Positions 46,111-60,500 of a stretch of 64,000 bases of DNA are shown here, in pieces. The DNA is from Macrostomum hystrix (taxonomy: Eukaryota > Animalia > Platyhelminthes), in assembly GCA_950097015.1 (NCBI GenBank), contig CATNEN010000001.1:5952001-6016000 (forward strand), in the 5' to 3' direction. A program made the position numbers and the translations under genes. Below the pieces are notes generated by a model. It had not been told where the DNA came from, did not search any database, and was given only the letters and a program-made list of their open reading frames with translations. Position 1 is the first letter of the stretch; every line of letters starts with the position of its first letter.

Positions 46111-49100
46111 ATGGAAGCCAGCGCTAACACAGCCAGTGGAACAGCATCATCAGCGCGATGGTCAACTATCGGTCGTAGAAGTGTTCGCAATTTAACTGCT
46201 CTTTTGAAGCGAGGATCCAACGGGGGAGCTAGCGGTTCTGCAGCGGCCAAGCAGCCTGTGCAGCAGCAGCAGCAGCAACAGCAACAGCAGCAACAACAGC
46301 ATCTTCGCAACAGCAACCGCTTGTCCATGCTAGACAACAACTGTGTCGCTGGATCGAACTGCATTGATCCCAGTAGCTCCAGCAATGTGGCAGTCAAACA
46401 GATAAGCAAGCCAACGCCTCAGCCGTATGAGCAGCAGCAGCCACCGCGCGAGCCTTCAAAGATTCGAACCACAGTCCTAGGCTGTCCGAAGCGTTTGAGA
46501 TCGTCGATGCCGTCAGCAGCGCGCAAGCAGGCCATTGTGCAGCCAACGACGGCAGTACCAACTGCTCCAACGGCGTTCATTGCGCCGTCGCCGCTGTTTG
46601 AAATCCGTCGACAGCATCGAACTGGGAGTTCCAGACTGCGAGCCGATGTTGACGAGAACGCTGACGCCGGCGACTATCCCAGCCTCGTTCTAGAGCTCAA
46701 CGGTCAGCAGTCTCGCCTGAAGCACATCGGCCGTCGGCTGTCCAGTCCCGCAGATGTGTGGGCATTGTTCGCCAGCCAGTGGCCAGCTACTGTGCAATCT
46801 CTAGGCAGCCACTGGCGCATTCAACTGCAGAGATCAGACTGGCCTAGCACCTGCTGGCAGACGATCTCTGGCAACGATTCGGCCATTCATCCGCTGCTGC
46901 GTCGTCTGCCAACGGAGTCTAGGCTGCGAATGGAGTCGACAACTTCCGGCGCTTCAGCAACTGGCTGCAGCTGCGAGTGCACTTGCAAGGCCGAACACGA
47001 TGCCGCAGTCAGTGCCTGTGGCCGCGCCGGCGATGACAATGTCCAAGGAGGCGGCAGTCGGCACAGAATCGAACGCCTGGAGTCTCAGGTTAGTAGGGCT
47101 GCTTGAGCGTAAATAATAATATCAATAACAATACTTGCAGGAGGGCTGTAGGCTTTGGGTCTGGCACGTTTTTAGTGACAGTAGACCCGCAGCCAGCGAG
47201 GAGGCAATTCTGTCCATTCCGCTGACTCCTGAGCACACGCGCACACAAATACTGTACACAGGCATACGCTCACACAGGTGTGTACATATGCACTGATTTA
47301 TTGTTAGGCAGTGTACACTGTGCCTTTGAGTTTTAACACAAATTGCTACCCTTAGGCTGAGATTCGAACTCCAGACCTTTCTAAACTTTCTAAACTGCTC
47401 CGCACAACACCTTCACCCAAGGTGACTTCGATCGCTCGCCAACTGGAGAGACGCCGACTGCGTCTGACAAATCTTCGCGACGAGTGTCGCCAGCTCCGGT
47501 CGGATCGCGACGCTCTGCGACTTGAGCACGACAGCCGGATGCGGGAGACGCGTCAGATGTTCTCCAGCCTGTCCAGCAATGTTCAGCGCATCCTGTCCGG
47601 CTGGTCCGTTAAAACCGCAGCCTCCTGCCCGACTATTGTCATATCCTCCGAGGAGCGCAGCCAAGTTGACGCCGAGCTGCAGTCTTATCGACTGGAAGGC
47701 GAGGAAGTCTGCGCTCTGTTAGACGACGTCGACGCAACAACCAGCGAGCTGCGTCACGATGTTTTGAAGCGTCGCTGCCGGACTAGCGCGGCAGAAGTCG
47801 AGCTGCTGGCGCTGCACTTGAGCCGTGCCACTCAGCGCTTGGCGTCCTTGAAGAATCGATTTCCCGAGCTCGAGTCTCGAACTCGCGACCTCCTGGATAG
47901 AGAAGCGGAAATTGTGGCTGGCGATGAGCGACAGCTCACTGAGGAACAGCAGCGACTGGAGACCTGGCTGCGCCGGGTCAAGAAGCTGACGATGATGCTG
48001 TACACATTCAAGCAGCTGGCTGAGGCTCAGGCGAAAGAGGCGGAAACCGCGGAGCCGAGACCGCTGGTACTGCTCAGAGACAGCGTGAGTACGGGCTAAG
48101 GGTAACACTGTTCAAATAGACTAAGAGATTCTCAATCTTCTTCAATGGTTCTCAGCTGCCTCATTATGCTCAATTTCCATCAGTCACTTTGACAAACAAC
48201 TCCAGTGTGAAAGTGTGAAATGTCACAACAGCGCGGGAGATAAGTGAATGCGCGCTGAGAAAATGAATAATGTATTGAGCATTGCACATGGCAGAATCGC
48301 TTTTTATAAGTAGGGCTTTCCATTATGACAAATGCAGAAAATGCTTAAAAGCAGTCTCATCACTCAAATGCGTCATTTTTTTCTCCGAAAAGGGAAGATT
48401 TTTTGTTAGCACTCGATTAAGCATCACACAAATAAACAGCAAAGTTTGTAACATTTCCACTCTGTCACCCTGTCACATTGTCACTCTGTCACATTGTCAC
48501 TCTGTCACATTGTCACTCTGTCACATTGTCACTCTGTCACATTGTCACTCTGTCACACTGTCACTCCGTCACATTGTCACTCTGTCACTCTGTCACTCTG
48601 TCACATTGTCACTCTGTCACATTGTCACTCTGTCAAATTGTCACTTTCACATTGTCACTCTGTCACATTGTCACTCTGTCGCATTGTCACTCTGTCCCAT
48701 TGTCACTCTGTCACTCTGTCACTCTGTCACTCTGTCACTCTGTCACTCTGTCACTCTGTCACTCTGTCACTCTGTCACTCTGTCACTCTGTCACTCTGTC
48801 ACTCTATCACTCTATCACTCTGTCACTCTGTCACTCTATCACATTGTCGCTGTCAGTTCTAGCCAGTTCTAGCCAGTTCTGAGACAGTTCTGTCACATTG
48901 TCACTCTGGCTGTTCGCTTCAGTTCAGTCGGTCTTCCGTCAAATTTTGTCACCACAAGAACAGTTAGAAAAGCTAGTGTGTTTTACTAAAAATGTCCTGT
49001 TTTTTTCCGGGACACAAAATTTCAACGCGAAAGTTACAGAATTCACTTTTGCGTTGCAAAGAAAAATGTCAGTTTTTTATTTTGAATTCTGTTTATACTT

Positions 49101-51303
49101 TCTTTCGCTTTCTCTTTCTCCTCGTTCAATTTTCCCACTTTTCTGTCACAATGTACTGTCGAATGTACTTATTCGATTTAGTAAAAACTACCTCATCAAA
49201 ATTGTTGTTTTAAGGAAACTGCACCAAAAGAGACCTCCGCAACGAGGTCGAACTGATTTCGATCGATTAAGAATTAAAGCCATTACTTTTATGTCACCGA
49301 TTTTTGTCTGTATTTTTCGAATCTGCCTATGTAGCCGCCAAGGACTTCTATAACATGAAGATCTAGCACAAACAAACTGTTGATTGGTGGGGCAGAATTC
49401 TTTTTTTGTTTATACCACATCGTCAATTTTTGTCATTTTTTACATTTTTTCGAGAAAATTTAATTTTTGCATGTATAAAAATCTACGAGCTCCGTATATT
49501 ATGTGTTTCTATAGCTTCCTATCCTTTCCAATGGTCCGCAGTCAGGTTTTTTATAGCCCCTCAGGCGGCAAAATCACATCTGTGACATTTTCACTAGCCC
49601 GAATGGCTAAAGTCCACTGCGACTTAAAATATTCAATCGAGTAAATGTTTTTTTTCTTTTTCTCAGCAAAACTGCATGATTTGTACTTTAAGCCTTGACT
49701 TCATGGGAAATCTAATGTAGAAATTTAGTAGTTTTTGTAGTAAAAACGACTTTGTTATCCTAAACAAATTTCTCATCTCTAGAGGCATTTGAAAAAATTC
49801 AGTTCTTCATGCAAGTTCTCCTTTGCCAGATAGGATCGACAGAAGAATCTTGATGTTTTAATTTTTTGTGAACAACCTTTTCAGCGGATTCTCGTACCTC
49901 CATGCTATACTGATATTTTGCCTACGCTTGTCAACTTTTATGCCATCATACTTACTCATTTTCGGTCATGATCAGCCACATTCAGTCATGATCAGCCACA
50001 TTCGGTCATGATCAGCCACATTCGGTCATGATCAGGCACATTCGGTCATGATCAGCCACATTCAGTCATGATCAGCCACATTCAGTCATGATCAGCCACA
50101 TTCGGTCATGATCAGCCACATTCAGTCATGATCAGCCACATTCGGTCATGATCAGCCACATTCAGTCATGATCAGCCACATTCGGTCATGATCAGCCACA
50201 TTCGGTCATGATCAGCCACATTCGGTCATGATCAGCCACATTCAGTCATGATCAGCCACATTCGGTCATGATCAGCCACATTCAGTCATGATCAGCCACA
50301 TTCGGTCATGATCAGCCACATTCAGTCATGATCAGCCACATTCGGTCATGATCAGCCACATTCAGTCATGATCAGCCACATTCGGTCATGATCAGCCACA
50401 TTCAGTCATGATCAGCCACATTCGGTCATGATCAGCCACATTCAGTCATGATCAGCCACATTCAGTCATGATCAGCCACATTCAGTCATGATCAGCCACA
50501 TTCAGTCATGATCAGCCACATTCGGTCATGATCAGCCACATTCAGTCATGATCAGCCACATTCGGTCATGATCAGCCACATTCAGTCATGATCAGCCACA
50601 TTCGGTCATGATCAGCCACATTCGGTCATGATCAGCCACATTCGGTCATGATCAGCCACATTCGGTCATGATCAGCCACATTCGGTCATGATCAGCCACA
50701 TTCAGTCATGATCAGCCACATTCGGTCATGATCAGCCACATTCAGTCATGATCAGCCACATTCGGTCATGATCAGCCACATTCAGTCATGATCAGCCACA
50801 TTCGGTCATGGTTACTGGAAATTCGGTCATGGTTACTGGAAATTCGGTCATGGTTACTGGAAATTCGGTCATGGTTACTGGAAATTCGGTCATGGCTACC
50901 CATCACCGGCTATACGGGTACCTGTTTTCTGTCATGCTTTTGTGTCATTTTATTTACTGTTCCATCATGCTACTCGGTCAATATAGCTCGAAGATGTTGC
51001 CTACTGCACACTGTTAGTACTCTTATACTAATTCAGTAATCATAAATGATAACATAAATGATCACCATTTATCCCAATCAGATGACTGGCGGAGATGGTA
51101 CATCCGAGGGAGATCGGCGCAACCTGCTGCGCAACATCGCCAGCGTCTGCCCGGATCACAATCGGCGCCTGGCGGAGATCAGCCGCGCCGAGGCTGCTAT
51201 TCAACGGCGTCAGAGAATGATTCGCGAGGCGGCGGCGTTAAAAGCCGAGAAGACGCTGACCGCGGCGGCTGGCCGTCTGAAACCGGTTCGAACCGGTTTG
51301 TAG
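46111..51303 (+). CDS. AIP3-domain coiled-coil protein (SRCIN1/p140Cap, sickle tail-like), about 620 aa
   Basis: Exons 46111-47088, 47422-48084, 51082-51303 (phase 0). LRHDVLKRRCR, LKNRFPELE, E.EIV...E..L.EE..RLE..LRR.KKLT.ML.T.K.LA, PDHNRRL..I..AE. Confidence 0.75.
47112..47380 (-). mobile_element. SINE family A copy, 5' part degraded
   Basis: Reverse complement of about 34430-34629 with AT-rich tail. Confidence 0.8.
48455..48905. repeat. 8/15-bp simple repeat (ctctgtca, cattgtcactctgtca)
   Basis: Intronic tandem array. Confidence 0.95.
49960..50895. repeat. 20-bp minisatellite (ttc[g/a]gtcatgatcagccaca), about 42 copies, then 21-bp unit (aattcggtcatggttactgga)
   Basis: Two interspersed variants; intronic. 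Confidence 0.97.
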
Positions 51304-52346
51304 GACTGATCTTTCACCGAAAACTATCTCCACACCGTGAAGACAATCTGCACTGGATGTTTTTATTGATAAGCTTTGAAGCTCGTTCTTAAATTAGATA
51401 TTTTTTATAAGTCTTATTTTTTTTTACGTTTGCACTTTATCATTCGCGAAAGTTTAATAAATATTGTTTTTATATATATATATTGTTACCTTAACTATAA
51501 TTTCATGTGAAGGTCACACACTTTAACACTTTTAATTCGCACTTTTTGTTCATCCTTCTCATGGTTTTTTTTCTGAAAGTAAAAACCTTATGTTATAAAT
51601 CTTAAAATAGTAATTCTCTTTGAATTTCTTATCCAATTTTACATTGTCTCGAAGATTTTTTTAGAACAGTTTTTCGATAATTTAACGATGCAGTCGTTGG
51701 TTCAGCTGCTTGTTCTTTAACTTTTATTCGTGGCACTTTTTATAAAGGTTGAATTAAATTTTTACTCAATCAATCTCAATCAATCTCAATTAATTAATTG
51801 TCATGTCTCGTTTCAATGTGCTACAAAAACTTTTAATTGTTTCGCATTTGAAACTATCGCGTTTTTACTGGGTTTTTTCGTGTTTTCGTGCATTTTAATT
51901 GCTTTTATAAAACGAAATTGGAGCATAACATAAAAGGCAGGTGCACAATAAGTTAGAAATTCCAATGTTAAACATCAAAACTGTTCGTTAGGGTGCAAAC
52001 TCACTTACTTACAAATAATTTTGCCGTCATTTCATTTTTTGATCGACATAGTAATGGACTAAAAATTTCGTCTCTGATTCCAACACTTCATGTTAGTGTT
52101 ACCTTTCTATTAGTTATGTATGTCTACTTGAAAACTTTGAAAAAATTAACTCGAAAACTAAGAAAATAGACAGTCCTAATTATTAATAGCGATAATCGCT
52201 CACGTAAATACCTTTTTGAACTCTGCTATTCTGACATTTTTTTATATAGCAAATTCATGAAGAGAATAGTATTCAGAAAGTAACGCCACTAGACTCGCTA
52301 ATTCGGTAACCACTTTTTGTACAAAAAACGCTGTGGTTTAGTGGTT

Positions 52347-52933
52347 CTATCTCTATCTATTTGCAGGGGGGCCCGACGCACTTGTCGCACAAGCGACGGA
52401 GCGGCACGCCCCCAGACCGGCGAACTAGCCGCTTAGCGCCCATCGCGCCGCCTCCCCTGGGCAGGCACCACACACAGCAGCACAGACCAGCCGGGGAGGG
52501 CAGGAGGCACCCAGAATAGGCAGCAGTGTCCCCACCCCAGCCCCACACGCACATAGCAGACCAAGCCGGGGCGGAAGGCTGATATGAAATCAGTCCTCAG
52601 GGGGCCGGGTGTTGAGTGTACACTTATCCAATCGCGCTGACGGAAGTCCAGAAAGCGCGCGGTGGTGTACACCCGCTCTCCAGCCACCCCCCGCAAGGTC
52701 TCACGCCCCAGCGCCAACGCACACAACTCACACAACGCAGAACAGGCACACAGAAGGTAGGAGCGAAGCTATTATTTCAAGCTTTGATTGCACGAAATAT
52801 GGTGCACCTCCGCCGGTCGCTACTGTCCAAACCCACCAACAAGTCCCGAAATTAATCGTGACTTGAAGGTAGAATCGAACTGGCGTCCATTGGAGTGCGA
52901 GGCAGCGACGCTAGCCGCTGACCCACTCGCGCC
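52347..52933 (-). mobile_element. Long tRNA-derived SINE family C
   Basis: Head ggcgcgagtgggtcagcgg...gttcgattc, GC-rich body, (atag)n-like tail, perfect 13-bp TSD tggtttagtggtt (52334-52346, 52934-52946). Confidence 0.85.
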
Positions 52934-53431
52934 TGGTTTAGTGGTTACTTGGTTTATAATTCATTGCAATTTCAAGGCTTCGCAAAAAACTGCAAAATAT
53001 TGAAAAAGCACCCGTATTAGTTGAAAAAAGCATAGCCATGAGATAAGTATTCCTTGTTTGTCATTAAAAAAAATATTCAATGTGTTTCTGATATACAAAT
53101 ATGCATTTTATGTACTTTTGAAATTTCATCTTTTTTCGATGAATGGACTCTGTGATTAAAATACCGCGTGAATAATTTTCCATGCGGACATTAACAAACT
53201 ATATTGTAGGGTTCTTAAAAATTGTAATTTAAAAGAACTGATTTCATGCTTTGAAATTTCTTTAAAAATAATTTATAAAACGTTTACATTTGATTTAAAA
53301 CGAATCGTGTAATGACGTTTTTGACTATTCAATTCTCTGAAACTATTTCCTCTAGAGACACAAAAATTTAATAATTTTCATCAACTTAATTTATTTCTCT
53401 ATTCTCACCTGTATATCATTAAAGTTAAGCA

Positions 53432-54475
53432 ATGGATTTCTACCGCAGGTTAGTAACTGAAATTCTACCAGACAAACTTCATCGAGTGCCTGTTCCTGAC
53501 AGCTTCCTTGGCATCTTTAAACTATCAGGTAAGAATAATGTGAAGAAAATATAGCGCTACTATTTTCGTATATATGAAAATGCTTAAATAATTATGTAGA
53601 TCACTTAATAATTCGTTACAAAAATCACTAAATGTATAAATTATATGTTTAATAGATTATAAGTTTTAAGTGGTTACCTAAAACACAAAAAAATTAATTA
53701 TTGATTCTTTAAAATTGCATGTGAGCAAATTTTGCATTGCAGCCAAGATGAAATTAAAAAAATTCATAAGATTTTTAATTTGAAGTAGCTATTAAGTATG
53801 AACTTTAGTATTCAGTTTTTATTCATAATCTTAATTTGTTTTTTTCTATCTTTATTGAAATAATGGTAAAAAATAAGAGCTTTATAATATTTTAATCTAG
53901 GATATTTAATTTTAAGTTAAAATTTGTTCTATTCATTTCTGATTTTACTTCTTTGGAATCTTCTGAATCATGTGATATCACAGGATTCTGACATCCTGAC
54001 TTCCTTAAATTTTAGTAGCTATTTTTTATTACCCTATGAAATGATTTCATTTGACACAAAAATTCTATTTTTCATTGCCTACAACCATTATTTGAAAAAA
54101 ATAAAGTTATTCTTAAGAATGTTATAACCACTCCCATTTAAAACTGTTCCAGTTAGTGAATTGGCCTCTCTGACAGCATTTACTGGGCTGTCTGGCTTCC
54201 TAGCCTATTCTGTGTACACCACCTGTCGCCTAAAGATAGATCAGTATAAGAACAAGTCAGGCAGTGGGTCAGTTGGCAAAGGCACCCTAGTCAACATCAG
54301 TTTGCGCAAGGATGCCAGCAAAGTTGTTGACACTATCAATGTGGAGGATATCGGTGAGAAGGCGGTCCTCTGCCGCTGCTGGCGCTCAAAGAAGTTCCCC
54401 TACTGCGACGGATCACACAATCAGCACAATGTCGACACTGGCGACAATGTTGGCCCACTGATTGTTAAGAAATGA
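53432..54475 (+). CDS. CISD2: CDGSH iron-sulfur domain protein 2 (NEET family), 139 aa
   Basis: Exons 53432-53528 (VPVPDSFLGIFKLS) and 54153-54475; TM helix; LCRCWRSKKFPYCDGSHNQHN..TGDNVGPL. Confidence 0.93.
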
Positions 54476-55107
54476 AAGGAAGTCTTAACTATTTTAGTTT
54501 TTGAACTTAAAGTTTTCAATTTAATTTGTGTCAGGTTCTTCTGAAGTGTACTTTTAATGATCTACTAATTTCGCCTGTTCTTAGAATCATATTATAGGTA
54601 GCTACTAGATAATTTTTTTCCAATGTTGCATTAGTTCACAATAATTGATCTATGTTTGCCCACTTACTGACATGGCTAATTTTGTTCCTTTCCCTCTATT
54701 TGGTAATGTTGACAATGACAATAGACAATTACTATATTTGATTGGGATTCTCTTTGAAGGCCTTTTCGTATTTTAAATTTCTACCATTTACAATCTTGAT
54801 TGTCTGGCGTGATTTTCTGAAAGCTAATCAAAACTCCAGTTGGTCTAGTTACTTGTTTTATTTATTTGACTTAGTTTAACCTATCAATTAGCTGTATTAG
54901 CTCATAATTCACGCATTTTAGAATTTCACACTCGCTAAAACTTGTTATTCCTCCGTCTGAAACAAAGAAAAATAGTGAGTCAGAAAAATATAACATGATT
55001 GCTTGCCCTCTACTTAACTTTTTGTTCGCCATCCATTTGTCGATATTTTTTAAATAATTCGGATACTTTGTTAAAATTCTAGTTCCTGAATATTTCATCT
55101 TTGCGCA

Positions 55108-55650
55108 TTGTGGAGAGCACCGTGATGTTATCAGTGACATTGTGGAGAGCACCGTGATGTTATCAGTGACATTGTGGAGAGCACCGTGATGTTATCAGCT
55201 ACATTGTGGAGAGCACCGTGATGTTATCAGTTACATTGTGGAGAGCACCGTGATGTTATCAGTGACATTGTGGAGAGCACCGTGATGTTATCAGTGACAT
55301 TGTGGAGAGCACCGTGATGTTATCAGTTACATTGTGGAGAGCACCGTGATGTTATCAGTTACATTGTGGAGAGCACCGTGATGTTATTAGTTACATTGTG
55401 GAGAGCACCGTGATGTTATCAGTTACATTGTGGAGAGCACCGTGATGTTATCAGTTACATTGTGGAGAGCACCGTGATGTTATCAGTTACATTGTGGAGA
55501 GCACCGTGATGTTATTAGTTACATTGTGGAGAGCACCGTGATGTTATCAGTTACATTGTGGAGAGCACCGTGATGTTATCAGTTACATTGTGGAGAGCAA
55601 TGTGATGTTATCAGCTACATTGTGGAGAGCACCTTGATTTATCAGTGAAT
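55108..55650. repeat. 32-bp minisatellite (attgtggagagcaccgtgatgttatcagt[g/t]ac)
   Basis: About 17 copies. Confidence 0.95.
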
Positions 55651-56520
55651 TATAAATGGCATTTCGATTTTTATCAGTGACAATGCTAGGGCATTGTGAT
55701 TGTTATGATTGTTGCAGTGACATTGTGCACTTGACAATTTTAACCATCAAAGAGAAGAAGACCAAATTCGATTAGCAGTTGGTTGAGTTTACAGAATCTT
55801 TAAGGTACGGTATGTACAATGAGCAAGACTTATTATATATATTTCAAAGATCTCAGCATGCAAAGCGCATTCTTTTACAAGAAATATGTAACTTTTGGCA
55901 GGCTTTAGACTGACAATTTTGTACTTTACAGAATCGGTAAACATGTAAAAAACTATTTTGTTGTCGATGCTACTGTAAGTAGAGTATTCTCATCCGAAAA
56001 ATGACCTCGAAGAAAGAATAAAAACTTGGATCTTCGGATAGAATCGATTGAAATAGCTGAGCTATTGTACACTCCTGAGACGCGTGGGAAATAGTACTAA
56101 AATGATCAATTTTCGCAAGGTTCAGTACGTTAACGTTTCTTTTACGTCGACACAAAGAGTTATGACTTAATTCAATTCACAATTTAATTGTGGTACACTG
56201 ATACATTTGCAGGTAACCTTCTAACAAATAAACGCATGAAGGTTACAGTAATCGCTGAAATTTATTTGCGTACATATAAAACCCAATCGTAACAGTATTA
56301 GACCATTCAAATACAAACTCGCAACCACAAACCAACTAAAACATTTTAATATTAAGAGAAATACTCATCCACTTCTTTTCTCGAGCAGATTGATATCTAA
56401 GCACGCGAAAACAGGAATGCCGGCAACAGATAAAAGAGACACATGTAAGACTACTGGGCTGCGTAGATTAACATCTTTCAATATGTCAAATTTACAATTT
56501 CAGCATACAAAAAAGTATGC

Positions 56521-57296
56521 ATTCAGCATTCCTAACCTGTCATATAGCCCGAGCTCACTCATTCCTAACCTGTCATATAGCCCCAGCTCATTCATTCCTA
56601 ACCTGTCATATAGCCCCAGCTCACTCATTCCTAACCTGCCTTATAGCCCCAGCTCATTCATTCCTAACCTGTCATATAGCCCCAGCTCACTCATTCCTAA
56701 CCTGTCATATAGCCCCAGCTCACTTATTCCTAACCTGTCATATAGCCCCAGCTCACTCATTCCTAACTTGTCATATAGCCCCAGCTCACTCATTCCTAAC
56801 CTGCCTTATAGCCCCAGCTCACTCATTCCTAACCTGTCATATAGCCCCAGCTCACTCATTCCTAACCTGCCTTATAGCCCCAGCTCACTCATTCCTAACC
56901 TGCCTTATAGCCCCAGCTCACTTATTCCTAACCTGTCATATAGCCCCAGCTCACTTATTCCTAACCTGTCATATAGCCCCAGCTCATTCATTCCTAACCT
57001 GTCATATAGCCCCAGCTCACTCATTCCTAACCTGTCATATAGCCCCAGCTCATTCATTCCTAACCTGTCATATAGCCCCAGCTCACTCATTCCTAACCTG
57101 TCATATAGCCCCAGCTCATTCATTCCTAACCTGTCATATAGCCCCAGCTCACTCATTCCTAACCTGTCATATAGCCCCAGCTCATTCATTCCTAACCTGT
57201 CATATAGCCCCAGCTCACTCATTCCTAACCTGCCTTATAGCCCCAGCTCACTCATTCCTAACCTGCCTTATAGCCCCAGCTCATTCATTCTTAACC
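56521..57296. repeat. 33-bp minisatellite (attcctaacctgtcatatagccccagctcactc)
   Basis: About 23 copies; explains ORFs 56390-57347. Confidence 0.95.
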
Positions 57297-57597
57297 AGTC
57301 TATCTTGTATAGCTTCTCCATCTCTATCTTTCTCTCATAGAATATAGAGTACAAATGCAGATTGAGAAACATGTACAGTCAATTTCGAACAAGTAATAAC
57401 AGATACTATTTAGCAATGCAGATTACTTTTCTTTGTACATAATTTCAGCTAGTAATTAAAAATAAAAAGCAGTCGCTTCTCTTTTATCTGAACACTATTT
57501 TGGACAACTGGACAGATCCACAAAGGTCTAAAAGTACGCCTGTAAAGACTTTTAAAGGCCAAAATCTACTAAACTGAATAGAATGTAGGAAAGGTTT

Positions 57598-60500
57598 TCA
57601 ATCGTCAATCTGTATAACATCCATCGATTGCAGCTGTTGAAGCTGTTGTCGCCTTAGCAACTGTTGCTGCTGCTGCTGTTGTTGTAGCTGCTGTTGCTGC
57701 TGTTGTTGCTGATGTTGTAGCTGCTGCTGCTGCTGAAGTCGCTGCTGCTGCTGCTGGGTCAGTATTACAGGCAATGGCGCCGGAGCTGCAGCTAGGGGCG
57801 GAGGAGCAGGTAAAGTTTGTTGCTGCGGTTGAACTAGAGCAGGTCTTAACGCAATGCGATCAGCAACAGCAGCCTGTTGCAACAATTGCTGCTGCTGCTG
57901 CTGTTGCTGTCGAGTGTTGGCGTTCACATGATCGGCGTAGCGTTGGTTAAGGAAGGGCAGATTCTTCATAAAGGTCTCGCAGTGCAGTAGGGCGCTCTCC
58001 CGGTGAGTTAATCGACAGGTGAAGGCCTCCTCGAACATTGAGGCGAGGCCCTCGGCAATACGATAGATCTTGTTAGCCGGAACAAAGCAGCGTACAGCGT
58101 TAAGAATCTGGTCGTTAGTCCAAGCCGGAAACAGGGTTCGACGAACATGCTCCAGCACAATATACTCGCCTTGCAGCGCATTCTCTGGTAGTAGGGCCAG
58201 ATAAGGTCGAATAGTACAGATGGAAATATGCCGGCCACCAGTGAGGTCGCCTTGCACTGTTAGAATTGAGCAAGTGCCTAGCGCCGTCTCGCGAAGCAGC
58301 TCCTTCCGCAGAATCGGACCAGAAGCAGCGCTATTGCTATTGACATGATGACCAACAGCCTGCTGCTGCTGAGCAAGCGGAGCCTGAGGGTGTAGATGCT
58401 GCTCTACTGTTCTTCGACGCTTCGGATCTGTAGGACCCACAGACTGCTGCTGATGCACTGTCGCCTGTGGCTGCTGCTGCTGCGGAGGTCGCAGTGGAAG
58501 CGGAGCCGAGACTAACCGACCGTTGTTTCTGAGCTGCTGCTGCTGCTGTTGTTGCTGCTGATGATGCTGTTGCATAAGTTGTTGCTGATGCTGAATTTGT
58601 TGTTGCTGCGACTGCGGTTGGACTCGCCGGCCGTTTGTAGCGGCGGCTGCCGCGGCGGCTGCGGCAGCTGCAGCAGCGGCCGGATTGGCCACAGCCGAAG
58701 TGCCAATGATTGGAGCCGATGGTCTGGCGTGGGCTAGAGCAGCCGGCGCAGCCTGATCAAGGAAAGGGATCGGAGTATCCAATTAGAGCATAAGTTAACA
58801 AGCTCAGTCCACAAAAGATACAAGGTGTGTGAGTATACAAGGCTTCCAGAAACTGAAACTGCGAGTGTTCAGGGGAGTTCCGAAAAGTTGGAAAAGTACT
58901 CTGAGAGATCTGCTAATCTGAGAGAGGGATTGCTAATCTGAGAGAGGGATTGCAAATCTGAGAGGGATTGCTAATCTGAGAGAGGGATTGCTGATCTGAG
59001 AGAGGGATTGCTGATCTGAGAGAGAGATTGCAAATCTGAGAGGGATTGCTAATCTGAGAGAGGGATTGCTGATCTGAGAGAGGGATTGCTGATCTGAGAG
59101 AGGGATTGCTAATATGAGTAAGGGATTGCTAATGAGTGAGGGATTGAAAATTTGAGTGAGGAATTGCCCATTTGAGTTGAGGGATTGCTAATCTGAGAGA
59201 GGAACTGCTAATCTGAGAGGGATTGCTAATCTGAGAGAGGGATTGCTGATCTGAGAGAGGGATTGCTGATCTGAGAGAGGGATTGCTAATCTGAGAGAGG
59301 GATTGCTGATCTGAGAGAGGGATTGCTAATCTGAGGGATTGCTAATCTGAGAGAGGGATTGCTGATCTGAGAGAGGGATTGCTGATCTGAGAGAGGGATT
59401 GCTGATCTGAGAGAGGGATTGCTGATCTGAGAGAGGGATTGCTGATCTGAGAGAGGGATTGCTGATCTGAGAGAGGGATTGCTGATCTGAGAGAGAGATT
59501 GCAAATCTGAGAGGGATTGCTAATCTGAGAGAGGGATTGCTGATCTGAGAGAGGGATTGCTGATCTGAGAGAGGGATTGCTAATATGAGAGAGGGATTGC
59601 TAATATGAGTGAGGGATTGCCCATTTGATTTGAGGGATTGCTAATCTGAGAGAGGGATTGCTAATATGAGAGAGGGATTGCTAATATAAGTGAGGAATTG
59701 CTAATCTGAGAGAGGGATTGCTAATATGAGAGAGGAATTGCTAATCTGAGTGAGGAACTGCTAATATGAGTGAGGGATTGCTAATCTGAGAGAGGAACTG
59801 CTAATATGAGTGAGGGATTGCTAATATGATTGAGGGATTGCTAATATGAGGAGGGATTGCTAATCTGAGAGACGAATTACTCATCTGAGAGAGGGATTGC
59901 TAATCTGAGAGAGGAATTACTAATCCGTGAGAGGGATTGCTAATCCGTGAGAGGGATTGCTAATCCGTGAGAGGGATTGCTAATATGAGAGTGGGATTGC
60001 TATTCTGAGAGAGGGGTTGTTGATATTATAAATGAGTTGCCTATTTAAGTCGAGGGATTGTCAATCTGACTGAGGGATTGCCAATTTAAGTTAAGGAATT
60101 GCCTATCCTAGAGGGGATTGCCAATCTTAGTGATGGATTGTCAATCTGAGGTACGGATGCCCAACTAAATGGAATGCTTCTTGTGCTCAGAGTGGAATAA
60201 TCAAGAAAAAAATCGGCCGAAATATCTCTAAACTGACCTGAACAAACTGAGCGCCGCTTAGTACCGGAATACCATTGGCTGCCGCGAAAGTGCCGTTGGG
60301 TCCGGAGACTAGTGGAGCCACGCTAATCATTGTTGGCCGATTCACGGCCATAACGTTAAACAGGGCCGGCTGCGGTTGCTGCAAGATCTGCTGCTGCTGT
60401 TGCTGCAGCAACTGTTGCTGATGCCTAGTCACCTGACCAGCTAATCGCAGCTCAGCTGGTCCAGGAATAAACTGAGCAGAAGCGAATGGATGGACAATGT

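Noticed and set aside
41429-55650. CRISPR-like appearance of 24-32 bp repeats
   Set aside because: Units are contiguous with no unique spacers, there are no cas genes, and the context is eukaryotic.
41337-57347. ORFs over tandem arrays (ALSRTVAV, HCHSVTLS, IPNLSYSPSS and similar)
   Set aside because: By-products of satellite periodicity, mostly intronic or intergenic.
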